The position numbers were made by a program, and so were the translations under genes. Under the pieces are notes generated by a model. It had not been told where the DNA came from, searched no databases, and saw only the letters and a list, made by a program, of their open reading frames with translations. From Octopus sinensis (Eukaryota): a stretch of DNA of 64,000 nucleotides. Position 1 is the first letter of the stretch. Every line of letters starts with the position of its first letter. The stretch spans positions 2,418,001 through 2,482,000 of the forward strand of contig NC_042999.1 of NCBI RefSeq assembly GCF_006345805.1. Reading direction: 5' to 3'. This document shows positions 25,811 to 39,837 of this stretch, piece after piece.

Positions 25811-27287
25811 TCAATGATGAAGCATTGTATCTCTGTTAGAAACCATCTCCATCCTCGGAGGAAGAAAATTAGATAATTAAAAATAGAAGAGAACACACAC
25901 ACATACACACATAATATATATATGAGCATAGTGGTGGTGGTGGTGGTGGTGATTTTCGAAAAGCATGAAATTCTATAATAATTGGCTATGTTTATATCAT
26001 TATGTTTTAAAGTGGAGGAAACGGTTCCTCTTCTCCAGGCAAGAATATAGAACAAGTTATTCAAAGAAAAAAGAGATATAATTGTCAACATCTTTCTCGC
26101 AGACTTAGCAATACACATGAAATGAAGAAACAAAAATCACGTCAAAGAATTTCATTTTTGTTTCTTTCTTCTGTTTGTTTTTGTTGTTTTTTTTTTTCCA
26201 GTAACCTTCATATGTTTTAATCTATGTTGCATTTGTGAATTTATAAAACAATTAGAGCAGTGTGGCTGTGCGGTAAAAAGTTTGCTGCTCAACCACATGG
26301 TTCCAGGTTCAGTCCCAGCTTGTGTGGCACATTGGAAAATTGACTTCTGCTATAGCCACAGGCTGAGCAAAGCTTTGTGAGTGGATTTGGTTGACAGAAA
26401 CTGATAGGGTCCCATTGTATATCATCATATATATATATATATATGTATGTTGGTTTGTAAAAAGCACCATTTGAGTGTGATCAATGCCAGTGCTGCCTGA
26501 CTGGCTTCCATGTCAGTGGCATGTAAAAAGTACCCACTACTCTCGGAGTGGAAGGGCATCTAGCTGTAGAAACCTTGCCAAATCAGAATCGAGCCTGGTG
26601 CAGCCTCCCAGCTTGTCAGTCCTCAGTCAGAAACAGGTGAAAGATAAAAAAATAGAAAGCACATTTTGGCCAACTTAATTTCACTGAAACCTTATTATTT
26701 AGAGTCAAATTTTTTGTCCCCCCACCCAACTGCAGCCTGGTCACTGTGTCACCCAGGTTGCAATCAGTTCAGTTTCAGTACAATCCAGATCAAATCATTT
26801 GCTAGGCAAGTACTTCTCTGAAGTTTATAAAATATAAATAGTGTTTAGAATCACTCAAGAAAGCTGAAGAGTGGAAGGTCTTCAGAGCAGAAACCCCCAA
26901 CTCAGGCAAGCATTTTGGCCTTTCACTTAAAGGGGTCTGAGCCACATCCAGATCATGATTCCTGGGTGACCTTCTGCTGATACCTTTTCACCACTTGGAT
27001 GTCAGAGAGACATGTGCAGTTAAACTGCTTGGAGACTTCATTTGGTAGTAACTCTTTTCCAGTGACTCAGCTTTGTCTACCATTATGTTCTGAGTTCAAA
27101 TTCCACCGAGGTCGACTTTGCCTTTCATCCTTTTGGGGTCGATAAATTAAGTACCAGTTATGCTTTTGGGTCGATGTAATTGACTTAATCCCTTTGTCTG
27201 TCCTCGTTTGTCCCTTCTATGTTTAGCCCCTTGTGGGTAATAAAGAAACAAAAAAAAAAACTTATACTTTAAGAAGAAATAACATTG

Positions 27288-27301
27288 GTTGCCATGGTAA
27301 C
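27288..27301. promoter_or_regulatory. Candidate RFX X-box (GTTGCCATGGTAAC), with overlapping ATTGG and nearby TGACTCA
   Basis: Exact 14-bp match to the palindromic RFX consensus in non-repetitive DNA. Function is unverified. Confidence 0.4.
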
Positions 27302-27571
27302 AGCAAAATGTCAATGCTATCACAATGACTCACTCAGAATTACTTCCCTTGGCATTGAAGTACAAAAATATTGCCTTCAAATGGTAAGCAAATTCATTTT
27401 TGTTACTCTTTGACCAGATCCAACTGGAACTTCTCTCTGCTAGCTCTGATCATTCTTCTGATATATTTCTCCAGAATTAAGGATGTCCTTTCAACTATTA
27501 TGTATAGCTCAATAAAGTTTCAACATTAATTTATGACTTGATTATCAGAGTATAGGGGATAACAATAATGC

Positions 27572-27625
<54 letters not shown>

Positions 27626-27944
27626 TAACAGGGCCACGGATTGGTTCCCGTGCTGGTGGCATGTGAAAAACAACATTTGAGCGTGGCCATTGCCAGTGCT
27701 GTCAGAGTGGCTCCCATGCAGGTAACACGTAAAAAGACCTTTTGAGCGTGGTCATTGGCAGTACTGCCTGATTGGCCCTCATGCTGGTGGCATGTAAAAA
27801 AGCACCCACTACACTCATGGAGTGGTTGGCGTTAGGAAGGGCAACCAGCTGTAGAAACTTTGCCAAATCAGATTGAGCCTGGTGCAGCCTCTGGCTCACC
27901 AGTCCTCAGTCAAACTATCCAACCCATGGAGAGTGGATGTAAAA

Positions 27945-27977
<33 letters not shown>

Positions 27978-29234
27978 TAATAATAATAATAATAATAATA
28001 ACAACAACAGCAACAACAATAAAAATAGTGATGATGACAAAGACCATGCTGGGGCAACAACATTCTTTTATCTTTTACTTATTTCAGTCATTAGACTGTG
28101 GCCATGTTGGGGCACTGCCCTGAAGAATCTTTAGTTGAATGGCTTGACCCCAGCACTTATTATTTGAACCTAGTAGTTATTCTATTGACCCCTTTTACTA
28201 AGTGCTGAGTCATAGATGTAAACATGTCAAAACCAGTTGTCAAGTGCTAGGGGAGGACAAACACAGACACCAACACATACACACATAATGGGCTTCTTTC
28301 AGTTTCCATCTTGTTAATCCACAAATTCACCCACAAGGCTTTGATCAGCTTGAGGCTATAATAGAAAGATACCTGCCGAAGGTGCTATGGAGTGGAACTG
28401 AACCTGGAACCATGAGGTTGGGAAGCAAGCTTCTTACCACACAATTTCTAACCCCTCTTAATAATGATTTATATATCTTAGTATTATTACTGTGAAAAAA
28501 AAAAAGCCCACTCTACTTTTACCTTAACTCTAATTGGCTCCAACCAAGGTTCCTGGGGGCCATACTGCAGCACGACCAGAATCAAGAATTCCCAAGCACT
28601 CTTAGTAATGATATACATCTCTAATTGATTTAACATCTAATAACACAACCGAACTACTGACTGCTACAAGAGACTTAGAGATACAATTATCCTTGATTTA
28701 TAGATGTAATTCTAGTAGGAGTAGTACTACTTCTACACAACACTGGCTTGTAGATAATGATTTCTATTTAGAAAGAATTACTCTGGGATTTGCTTCATAG
28801 CTTTCACTAAGACTCAGTTAACAAATGTATATTGGTGAACCCATTGAGATATCTACTCTAATTATCAAAAATACTACATTACACTTACAACTATGCTATA
28901 GCTAGAATCATAACTAGCTATTAGTATGATGTATCTAGGCAGATAAATCAATTCTAGATCTGAGTTTGTGGTAAATGAATTTTAATTCATTTTGTTGTCA
29001 CCCAATAAATTGCTTTCTCGGCAATAAATGATGCTGTCTGTGTCCTTTCCACTATTATGTATAACTCAATAAAGTTTCAACATTAATTTATGACTCTGAT
29101 TGTCAGAATATACGGAAAATAATAGTAGCAATAATAATGACGATGATAACAACAACAGCAACAATAAAAATGGTGATGATGATGATGATGATGATGATGA
29201 TAATGAAATAAAGCCATTAAGAATTTCTGAGATG

Positions 29235-29480
29235 CAGGTCAGATGTGGTGATTTGAAGTGGGAGATAAAAAGTCTGTGATCATTGAAGATGGTGGGTGTA
29301 TACCTGTTGTTCTTGGAGCTTTGGGTACTCTAAGAACTGGAAATACAAAAAAAGTACCAAGGTTAAAATATAGGTCGAACCGATAGGATCAAATTTGTGA
29401 GCTAGAACATCTAGAGGAAAACAATGCCGCTTGAAACTGCACGAATCCTCCACAGAGTTCTTGAAATCTGGATGAAAAAT
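29235..29480 (+). pseudogene. Degenerate RLE C-terminal relic
   Basis: DLKWEIKSL..PVVLGALGTL..ETARILHRVLEIW parallels DLEIEVTRMW..PIIVGALG..GTAHILRRTL. Confidence 0.65.
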
Positions 29481-30195
29481 CTTCAGTTCAGTGTTTGTGA
29501 ACAGTTGACAGTTTCTTTCATTATCCAGCAAAGCTGCTCCTGGAGACAACAAAGATCTCAACAACAAAACCATAATAATAATAATAATGATGATAAGGAT
29601 GATGACAATGACAAAAACAACAACCACAACAATAGTAATAATAACCATCATCATTTAACGTCCGCTTTTCATGCTAGCATGGGTTGGACGATTTGACTGA
29701 GGTCTGGCGAACCAGACTTCAATCTGATCTGGCAGAGTTTCTACAGCTGGATGCCCTTCCTAACGCCAACCACTCTGAGAGTGTAGTGGGTGCTTTTTAT
29801 GTGCCACCTGCACAGGAGCCAGTCCAGCGGCACTGGCGACGACCTCGCTCGAATGTTTCACGTGCCACAAGCACAAGTGCTAGCAAGGCGATGCAGTAAT
29901 GATCATGCTCGAATGGTGTGTTTAACATGCCAACGACACGAAGGCCAGCTTGTTACTCTAGCAACATCTCACTTGTATGGTACTCTTAGCGCTCCATTAG
30001 CAACGGATGCCAGTCACCAAGTCTGATTTCGATATCACTTGCCTCAACTGGTCTTCGCAAGCTGAGTTTAGTGTCCAACGAAGAAAAGGTACACGTAAGT
30101 GGACTGGTTACACCCCTAGCATAGGTCACAAGGTTATGGTCGTACTTGCGCTTGCCAAGTCTTCTGAAGCACAGCATATTTCCAGAGGTCCCGGA

Positions 30196-30238
<43 letters not shown>

Positions 30239-30638
30239 GTCAGAGATCATGAAGAAAAAAAATGCTTTCTAATTGATGTATCAATACCGGCAGATGACAA
30301 CGTGTCTCTAAAAGAAATGGAGAAACTCTCAAAATACAAAGACCTGGAAATAGAGGTAACTAGAATGTGGAATCTGAAAACAGAAACAATTCCTATCATA
30401 GTAGGTGCATTAGGCATGATAAAAAAATATTCAGACAAATACATAACAAAAACACCAGGACTTACAAACACATATAACATACAGAAAATTGCACTACTAG
30501 GCACTGCACACATCCTACGCAGAACACTTTCCATACAATAACCATCAGAGCATCACAACAAATCACAGCACATACCCAAGGCACACAGAGCTGCGCTCAG
30601 TAGTGAAGTGAAAGCACGCTATAAAAATAAAACTACTG
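30239..30638 (+). mobile_element. 5'-truncated R4/Dong-like RLE LINE (3' ~400 bp) inserted in (AAT)n
   Basis: About 6 differences from 50393-50792. It encodes VRDHEEKKCFLIDVSIP..KYKDLEIE..PIIVGALG..GTAHILRRTLSIQ* and is flanked by (AAT)n on both sides. Confidence 0.92.
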
Positions 30639-31166
30639 AATAACAATAATAATAATAACAATAATAATAATAATAATTATTTATAAAACTAGGCATAACC
30701 CTTCACAAAGGTAAATAAACCATAAAAAGAGAAGGATGTGATTTGTAATAGAACTTGGCTCTGTTTATTGAACAGATTGAACAATATTTTGAAGGATTGT
30801 CTGTCTTCTTTGGATTCAAAATGCAAAATGAGAAAAAACAAAGATGTAGGAATGCAGAAACTCAAAATATGATAATGTCATTTAATCTAAAAGGGGAATG
30901 CAGGATTTCTTTGTTCAGATTTTGAATTTTTGGGTTTCTGTGGTGTTTTTTCATTTTACGTTTTGAACCTGAAAAAGAAACTCGATCTGTTGAAATATTG
31001 ATCAATCCGTTCAATAAACAATCTCCATTACAATTCACATTGTGCCCTTCTTATTGTTTAATATGAATAATTGTTTCAAATTTTGGCACAAGGCCAGCAA
31101 TTCGGGGGAGGGGGTTAATCAATGATATAGACACCAGTGCCTGACAAGTACTAATTTTATCAAATA

Positions 31167-31541
31167 CTAGCACTATGACCCAGCAACGTGGGGGTCATAG
31201 AGCTAGTGCATGCATATACAGCTGCATGCGTGTGCACAAACACGCGAGTACTGTCCAAATCTCCAACCAATCACATACAGCTAGTTGGCATTCAATTGGC
31301 ATATCAAGTTTCGGGCATTTTCATTGGGTTTTGGATAGAAAATCCACAAAAAAGTCATTTCTATTAATTTTTTAATGGCTTTGCAGGGTGACTGGGGAAA
31401 TGTAAAGATGTGCACGACCACCCTTGGACGGTTTTGAATGAACATAGAAAGTGCGAGCCCTCTAACTGAAAAATTGTGGATTTGTTTAAAGGATACACAC
31501 ACACACACAGACAGACATTTTGCCGTTTATATATATAGAGA
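31167..31541 (-). mobile_element. Non-autonomous Helitron-like element
   Basis: Minus strand: 5' TCTCTATATATATAAACGGC, 3' hairpin tatgaccc/gggtcata, then CTAG|T. Confidence 0.7.
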
Positions 31542-33158
31542 AAATAATAATAATAAATGCCCTGATACAGTACCAGGCAGTGGCTCTCATGGCCTTTGAT
31601 CTTAACTGATTGGAAGTGTTATCATGTACATTGTTTTGTCTTGGTGTAAAAGATGGGCTACAGCAAATATTCTATTCAATACCACAGATTTGCTTGTCAG
31701 CTGTAGAAACTCTGCCATATCAGATTGGAGCCTGGTGCAGCCATCTGGTTCGCCAGACCTCAGTCGAATCGTCCAACCCATGCTAGCATGGAAAGCAGAC
31801 GTTAAATGATGATGATGATGATGATTATGATATTAAAATGCCTATATCATAAATAGGGTATATTTCCAAGATTTGTCTTATTAATCTTTTCTTTACCCTA
31901 CCTTTGTTCAAATACACCATCTTTGTTTCAATTAATTTTTAAATAACGAAGTATTTCGAAGAATTACATTGTCAATATTAAACTGGTGTAAGGTGACAAT
32001 CTTGCAAACTCATTAGCGTGCTGGGAAAAATGCTTAGCACCATTCCATCCATCTTCACATTCCAAGTTCAGATTCCACTAAAATCGGCTTTGCTGTTAAT
32101 CCCTTCAGGCTTGATAAAATAAGTACCGGTTGATTACTGGGGTCAATGTAATTAACTTATCCTTTCCCCAAAATTACTGGCTTTGAGTCAAAATTTGAAA
32201 TCTGGCACTTGTGCCGGCAGCCTCCTCTGGTGCCTGAGCCAGTGGTACGTAAAAAGCACCATCCAAACATGGCCGATGCCAGCGCCACCTCGACTGGCTT
32301 CTGTGCCAGTGGCACGTAAAAAGCACCAGCCGATCGTGGCCGCTGCCAGCCCCCCCCCCCCCCGGCATCTTTGCCGGTGACACGTAAAAAGCACCCACTA
32401 CACTCGCGGAGTGGTTGGCGTTAGGTAGGGCATCCAGCTATTGAAACACTGCCAGATCAGACTGGAGTCTGGTGCAGCCTCCTGGCTTCCCAGACCCCGG
32501 TTGAACCATCCAACCCATGATAGTACGGAAAACGGATGTTAAATGATGATGATGATGATTAAAGTAATGTTTCAGAGATAAAGTGTCATGAAATTTTGAT
32601 GAGAATGTTTGATTCCATCAGCCATCCGCCAGATGCTCTTCCTGTGTCCTGGGGTCAGCTTGTCACAGTTCTCCATATCCCTTTGTCAGGCACTGTATGC
32701 ATACATTCAGCCAACCTTTTATCACTTAAAAACAGGAAATTCCTATCACAAAACCAGGGGTGGCTTCAGGCTGGTTGGTATCAATAGGGTTAAGACAATC
32801 TGATCTGCAAATTATTCTATTTTTACCCAGAAAAGCTAAACTTCTATCAAAAGAATACCTGCGGGCTAAGTACTGATATTATTCCAGAAATATAATACAA
32901 GATAATTCTAAAATACAGCCTTCAAGAATGTTCTGAAGCTATTAATGAATAATAACTACGAACAATAAATAATATTTGTAGCTGGAACAGAGTTCTCTTG
33001 TGTGTATATGGCAAGTTTGATTACAGTTCCATTCTAGACGTATTATGTTGCTAGCTTGGTTCTGGAGATATTTTCTCATCGGGAAGCAAATACTAAATAC
33101 TCTTTCCTTTTCACCCAAGACATACACCTCTTCCTCCTCCTCCTCCTCCTCCTCCTCC

Positions 33159-33218
<60 letters not shown>

Positions 33219-33719
33219 TTATTGTTGTCACCATCGTTGTCTTCTTTGTCGTCATCATCATCATCATTCTCACGACTGTCATCGTTGTTTTAACGTCCAC
33301 TTTCTCCTGATTGCATGGGGCACATGGAATTAGTTGAAGCAAATGCCCTATGGCTGGACACCCTTCTGGTCACTGGCCCTCACCTGTTTCCGAGGGAGGT
33401 AATATTTCCCTATGAACAGGTGTGCTTTTCATGAAAGATTGTGAATGAAGGAAATCGCTCAATGGCAATGCCTGTTTACCATCATCACAGGACAAAAGTA
33501 CACATAGACACAAACACATACATATGTACATATATATAAATATATATACATACACACTCTCAGAGTGGTTGGCATTAGGAAGGGCATCCAGCTGTAGAAA
33601 CTCTGCCAAATCAAGATTGGAGCCTGGTGCAGCCATCTGGTTTGCCAGTCCTCAGTCAAATCATCCAACCCATGCTAGCATGGAAAGCGGACGTTAAACG
33701 ATGATGATGATGATGATAT

Positions 33720-33754
<35 letters not shown>

Positions 33755-33774
33755 TTATTTAAATGCTATGAGAG

Positions 33775-33975
33775 AGTCCTGGTTTAGGACTAATGTTGCA
33801 GTAATTTAGACCCAGGAGACATCGTCTCCAGCTGGCTATATGACACAATATGTATCCTTATATCTGTGTTGTATAGCCAACTGGAAACAATGTCTCCTGG
33901 GGCTAAATTACAGCAACATTAGTCCTAAACCAGGACTGCCATGTTATGATGGCAAACAATCTTTACTACAAAGCA
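33775..33975. mobile_element. Foldback/MITE-like element, same family as 18410-18730
   Basis: gtcctggtttaggactaatgttgc..ccagctggctata / tatagccaactgg..gcaacattagtcctaaaccaggac, with a shorter spacer. Confidence 0.75.
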
Positions 33976-35580
33976 CTGTCACGGGATATCTCATGTTGTG
34001 AGATTTAAAAATAGTAATTTTCTAATGCTATGAGAGAGTTTTAATTTTTAAAAACAATGTTATTTGAAAATGTTTGACAATAACAAAAAGATGAAAATTA
34101 TTAAAGAGCACCAATCACAGGGCTTCAGTGATGAGTGTACGGAATAGTAATTGCAACAGAGAGGAATTTGGAGAGTCTTTTAAAGGTTTAAGCAAAAGTA
34201 AACCAACAAATTACATAATCAATGATCAGAACAATTGATGAGACATTTCCAAGAGTTCCAGCAGAATCATTTTGGGAACTAGCCAATCCTATCATGGCCT
34301 TATAGATTATAGATTAAGCTACTAACTATTTCCATAGACATTTACTGATATTTGGTGTCATTTAAAGCCAAAATGAAGTATAACGTGAACTAAGGTGGTT
34401 GTGGGGTTTGCTTGTTAACTAAGGGGTTTCAAGTTGAGTCCCATTGTGTGGCACCCTGAGGTAAGTGTTTTTTACGATAGGCCTGGATCGTCCAAATTCT
34501 TGTGAGTGGAGTTGGTAGATGGAAACTGAAAGAAGCATATCATATATGTAGTAAGTGTGTGTGTGTGTGTATGTACGTACTTGTCTAGACATCATATGTT
34601 GTCTGGAAAAAGATACACAAAACATTTCTGGTCTGGGGGAAATATTACCTCACTTGGAAACAGGTGAGGGTTAGTGACAGGAAGAGCACCTGGTAGCAGA
34701 AAATCTGGCCCCACAAATTCCATCTGACCCAAATGAGCATGGAAAAGTGGATGGCTGATGATGATGGGGAGGCAGAGGGGGAGAAGGTGGGGGAGGCGGA
34801 GGAGGAGGGGAGGGGAGGAGGAGGAGGACGACGACGACGACGACGATGACAACGACAATGATGAAGAAACTCTCACATGGTGGTGGTGGTCATGGCAGCA
34901 GTGAAAGTCATGGCACTGGTAATGGTAATAGTGGTGGTGGCAGCAGGAGTGGTGGTGCTAGCAGTGTGGATTTAGTGGTATCATTAGTCGCACCAATGGT
35001 AATAACGGTAATAACAATTTAATCAGACTTAGATAGACCCTCCACTTTGCAAATATGATTTGAAACACCATACCTGACATCACATCAATATCTTACCAAT
35101 TTACAACTAGTTGGAACCGAACAATTTTGATATTTAAGCATCTCTAAGACTCTTTCGTTACAGATACCGTACAAACTTAATAATGGGATATGAACTATTG
35201 AACTCTGGATTTTCTAGTATTACATCTCATCAATGTGGACAGAATCATTTCTTATCTCAAATTGATGTCCCTTCAAGAAAAAAAGGAGAGAGATATTAAA
35301 AAAAGAAAACCTATAATTTTCGCCCACAATACCTCCTTAGATTTCCTCAGCTTGTTAAGTGTGTAATGGAACTGTTGGGTTCTTCGCTCTCTCCCTCTCT
35401 CTCTCTCGCTTTTGGTATTGACCATTCTTGAAGTGCCAACAAGGCTTAATATGTTTTGTTTCTCTGTTGGAATCATTCCAATTGAATAGTTTAATACTTT
35501 ACCACCATTAAGAGGCATCTACACTTATGCACTTGTACGAAGATACACGTGTACAAATATAATTGTCTATCCATCTATCT

Positions 35581-35639
<59 letters not shown>

Positions 35640-36255
35640 TATACATATACATACAAAATATATATATATTAGATATAACATATATGTATGTATATAAAAA
35701 TATATATATATCTAAATATATACATAAATATATATATAGTTATATATATGCATATGTATGTATATATATGTATGTATATTCTACATATATATGTGTGTGT
35801 ATATATATATATAATATATATATATATATTGAGAGAGAGAGATAATACATACATACATACATACATAAATACATACATACATACATACATACATACAAAT
35901 ATGCATACATATAAATGCAGATATATATACACACACACCATTGGACACGCGGACACACAGGCACATACACACTCATACACACGCACACACACACACACAC
36001 AGATAAACAGAAAGAGAGGTGAGAGAGTGAGAGCAAGAGAGAGTAAGAAAGAGGGAGAGAGCAAGAGAGAGAGAGAGAGCGAGAGAGGGAGTAAAGAGGA
36101 GACATCTACGTATACTTCCGTCATGCAAACAATAGAAGTACATTATTCACTCACCTAACAGAGCCAGACATAATGCTTAATGAACTTGAGGCCAGGAAGA
36201 TCCTAGCCCTCACCCGACAACCCCCAAACCACATGCTACACCTACCCGCCACACA

Positions 36256-36294
<39 letters not shown>

Positions 36295-37469
36295 ATACAT
36301 GCACTCACTCGTGTTGGTTACGAAGTCAGGTGCAACACAAATGTTCTAAACACTGCAAAGCTAGTATTATATTTCTTCACCCATCGACAATTTACTCCAT
36401 CTTTCTCCGTGGAATTATGCCAATATCATTCCTCAAATCAAAGAAATTGGTGTAAAAGGAAAGAAAAAAAAAATTTTCGAAAAATAGCCATATTCTATAA
36501 GAATTTCACAGAATATTGTTGTTGAAGTTATATTGTTAAACATACCATACACAGTTATGTATAGATACATACATACATACATCATCGTCATCATCATCAT
36601 TATCATCGTTTAACGTCCGTTTTCCATGCTAGCATGGGTTGGACGGTTCGACCAGGGTCTGGAAAGCCAAGAGGCAACACTAGGCTCCAGTCTGATCTTG
36701 TAGTGTTTCTACAGCTGGATACCCTTCCTAACGCCAACCACTCTGTGAGTGTAATACATATATACATATATATATATACACACACACATATATATATACA
36801 ATTACATACATATATATATACACATATATATACATATATAAAATGTATGTATATATATACATATGTGTGTGTGTGTGTGTGTATGCAAGCATAAGCATGT
36901 ACCCATATATGAATTCACTTACTGGCACACACACATATATATATACACACACATACACGCACACAGACACACACATATACACATACATACAAACATATAT
37001 ATATATATATATATGTATGTATTTGAACAACCACACACATACACACATATATATATAAGCAATCATGCATACACATATACACATAAAGAGACACTCAAAT
37101 ACACACACACACACATACGCGCATGCATGCATGTATGCCTGAGCAACAGTGAGAGATAGTAAGTTTATCTGAAAGGCTTGAGATATATTTGACAGAGATG
37201 TCTGCAGTCCTCGGGGCATGGAATATGATTGATTGAGCCAAGCGGGATTTTAAAAAATATGTAGGATGAGTTGCGAAATGGAACGTTGTTATGATGGAAT
37301 TTGGTCCAGGAAGACTGGGAAGAAATGACATTATTTTACAAGAGAAAGTAATATCACTTGGATTGGATATTTAGAATATAGGAAAAGAAACTTTCCTTTC
37401 AAATTCATTCATCCCTTGTGGGTTATGGGAAAATTAACATTGGATAACAAGAAGGCTGAAGGAAAGGGC

Positions 37470-37485
37470 AGAGAGTGATAGGTTG

Positions 37486-37521
<36 letters not shown>

Positions 37522-37625
37522 GGATAGTGAGAGAGAGAGGGGGAGGAGGAGGAGAGGGCAGGTGATAAATAGAGTAGGAGAGGGAGGGAAGAATATAGAT
37601 AGATAGAGGGATAAAAGAGATACAA

Positions 37626-37691
<66 letters not shown>

Positions 37692-38060
37692 TGATAAATA
37701 GATAGAGAGAGAGAGAGAAGATAGACAGACAGAGAAAAGATAGATAGATACATAGGTAGGTAGGTAGGTAGGTAGGTAGATATAGATAGATGGATAGATA
37801 CATAGAGAGAGAGAGAGAGAGAGAGAGAGAGGCAAGACAGACAGAAAGAAGATAGGTAGATGGATAGATAGATAGGTAGATAGATAGTCAGAAAGAGAGA
37901 GAGAAAGACAAACAGACAGATTGCTAGATAGATAGATAGATAGATAGACAAACAGACAGACAGATAGAAGGAGAGAGAGAAAAGGAGTTAGATAGGTGAG
38001 AGAGAAAGGGAGGAGGAAAGCTAGAGGCAGAGAGATTGGTATAAAGAAGAGAGGAGAGAA
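37470..38060. repeat. (GATA)n/(GA)n purine-rich compound microsatellite
   Basis: Directly visible; explains the SIYL-repeat ORFs. Confidence 0.95.
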
Positions 38061-38427
38061 AGATGAATATGATAATGATTATATGTACACAGCACCTGAA
38101 CAACATCTCATTTTTATCAACTCTCTCTGTCTCTCTTATTTCCTTTCAATCTCTGTATCTATCTCCCTCTTTCTGTGTTTAGAATTTATTAAAGAGAAAG
38201 AGACCAGCCTAAATTTGTTTTCTAGCAACTGCAGGTTGATGTCATTAAATAAAAACATGAGCAGAGAAAGAATTTCAGGTGGTAGCCATTCACTTTGAAC
38301 TGTCTATGCTTCTTGTATGTGTCAGATGGAGATTACTGAGGCAAATTTTTACAGCTAGATGCCCTTCCTGTCACCAACCCTTACCTGTTTCCAAAAGGCC
38401 AGATATACCTTTGCAGAATATTGAAGA

Positions 38428-38822
38428 CTAGCAGTATAGCCTGGCGTTGCTCGGGTTTGTTTCGACCCTTTAGAATTGGAATTTTTGAAAAGTAAAAATG
38501 TTGCATTATGTAGCTTGTTATTCTCTTTAAGTGAACATTTTTCTGGTTGAAGTACACCGAAAAATGGCGACACAGCAGTAAAAAAAATCGTAAAAAATAG
38601 GGATTTTCATAGAAAAAAAAAGCACCTTTTTGATGTAATTAATTTTTGGTGTTAACATGGTGCAATTTCAATTTTTTGTTCTACAGAAGGAAGAGCAAGC
38701 CTTCTTCTATCATACTCTCAATTTTGGTCAACTTGCGCCGGAGGGTCTCGGAGGAGATAGTGTTAGTTGAAGGCTACCAAACCTGCCATACACAGACAAC
38801 TTCAGTTTTATATATAGAGAGA
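38428..38822 (-). mobile_element. Non-autonomous Helitron
   Basis: Minus strand A|TCTCTCTATATATAAAAC..acccgagcaacgccaggctatactgCTAG|T gives a TC start, subterminal hairpin, CTAG end and A|T insertion site. Confidence 0.85.
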
Positions 38823-39379
38823 TTAACTATACTGCATGTACAGAGATGATGGTATGGTAATTTCAGGTGACACAAACAGTCATTTTATGGATAGTTTTAG
38901 AAGGAATTTAACAGAAATCTTCAAGGAATTTTTTAAATTATAAACAATATGATCAATCTAACCACAATCAATTTCTTGGCCATATCTCTACACCTGAACC
39001 AAAGCAAAAGTTATTCCTAAAAATGCATAAAAGCTCTGGTTTTTTTTTTTTTTTAAGAATTTAGTAGCTGATATTAATAGAGAGTTTTATTTAACATTCA
39101 GATACAGAAATCTTTGACTGAGCTATACAACACTGTGAGAAATAGCTTTAATGAGAAATTAGTGTATATCTAGGAACCCCATCCTACCTACAAAGGGAGG
39201 TAAAGAAAATGCTTTGGTTTAATCCTCCATTCAACCCAGACGTCTATAAACAGAGCTAGACACTTTAAAATTATCTGCATTATGTATTCTCTCAACTTGA
39301 TGCTAATTATACAGCACTCTGGTCAATGGATAAGAGAAGAGATTTGACATTCTTGCTACCAAATTTCTGTTGAAATATT

Positions 39380-39527
39380 CAGCCTTTATTTACATTTGAC
39401 GGATATTTGTCCTTATCTTGTTTGTAGTTAACACAACGTTTCGGCTGATATACCCTCCAGCCTTCATCAGGTGACTTGGGGAAATTTCAAACCTGGGTTC
39501 TCGCTCCTAAGGTATTTTCCGTTGTTA

Positions 39528-39579
<52 letters not shown>

Positions 39580-39802
39580 GCACCAACCGATCATGGCTGT
39601 TTGCTAGCCTCCTCTGGCCCCTGTGCCGGTGGCATGTAAAGCACCCACTTCATTCACGGAAGGGTTGGTGTTAGGAAGGGCATCTAGCTGTAGAAACACT
39701 GCCAGATCAGACTTGAGCCTGGCGCAGCCTCCTTACTTCCCAGACCCCGGTAGAACCGTCCAACTCATGCTAGCATGGAAAAAAAATGTTAAACAATGAT
39801 GA

Positions 39803-39837
<35 letters not shown>

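Noticed and set aside
32780-32791. AGGG|TTAA and TTAA|CCC ends suggesting piggyBac-type MITEs (also about 15193, 16700, 59740)
   Set aside because: I could not pair left and right ends into a defined element within the window.
37170-37400. Plus frame with ..EFGPGRLGRND, faintly like a LINE APE endonuclease
   Set aside because: Multiple stops and no GDFNA motif; too weak to call.
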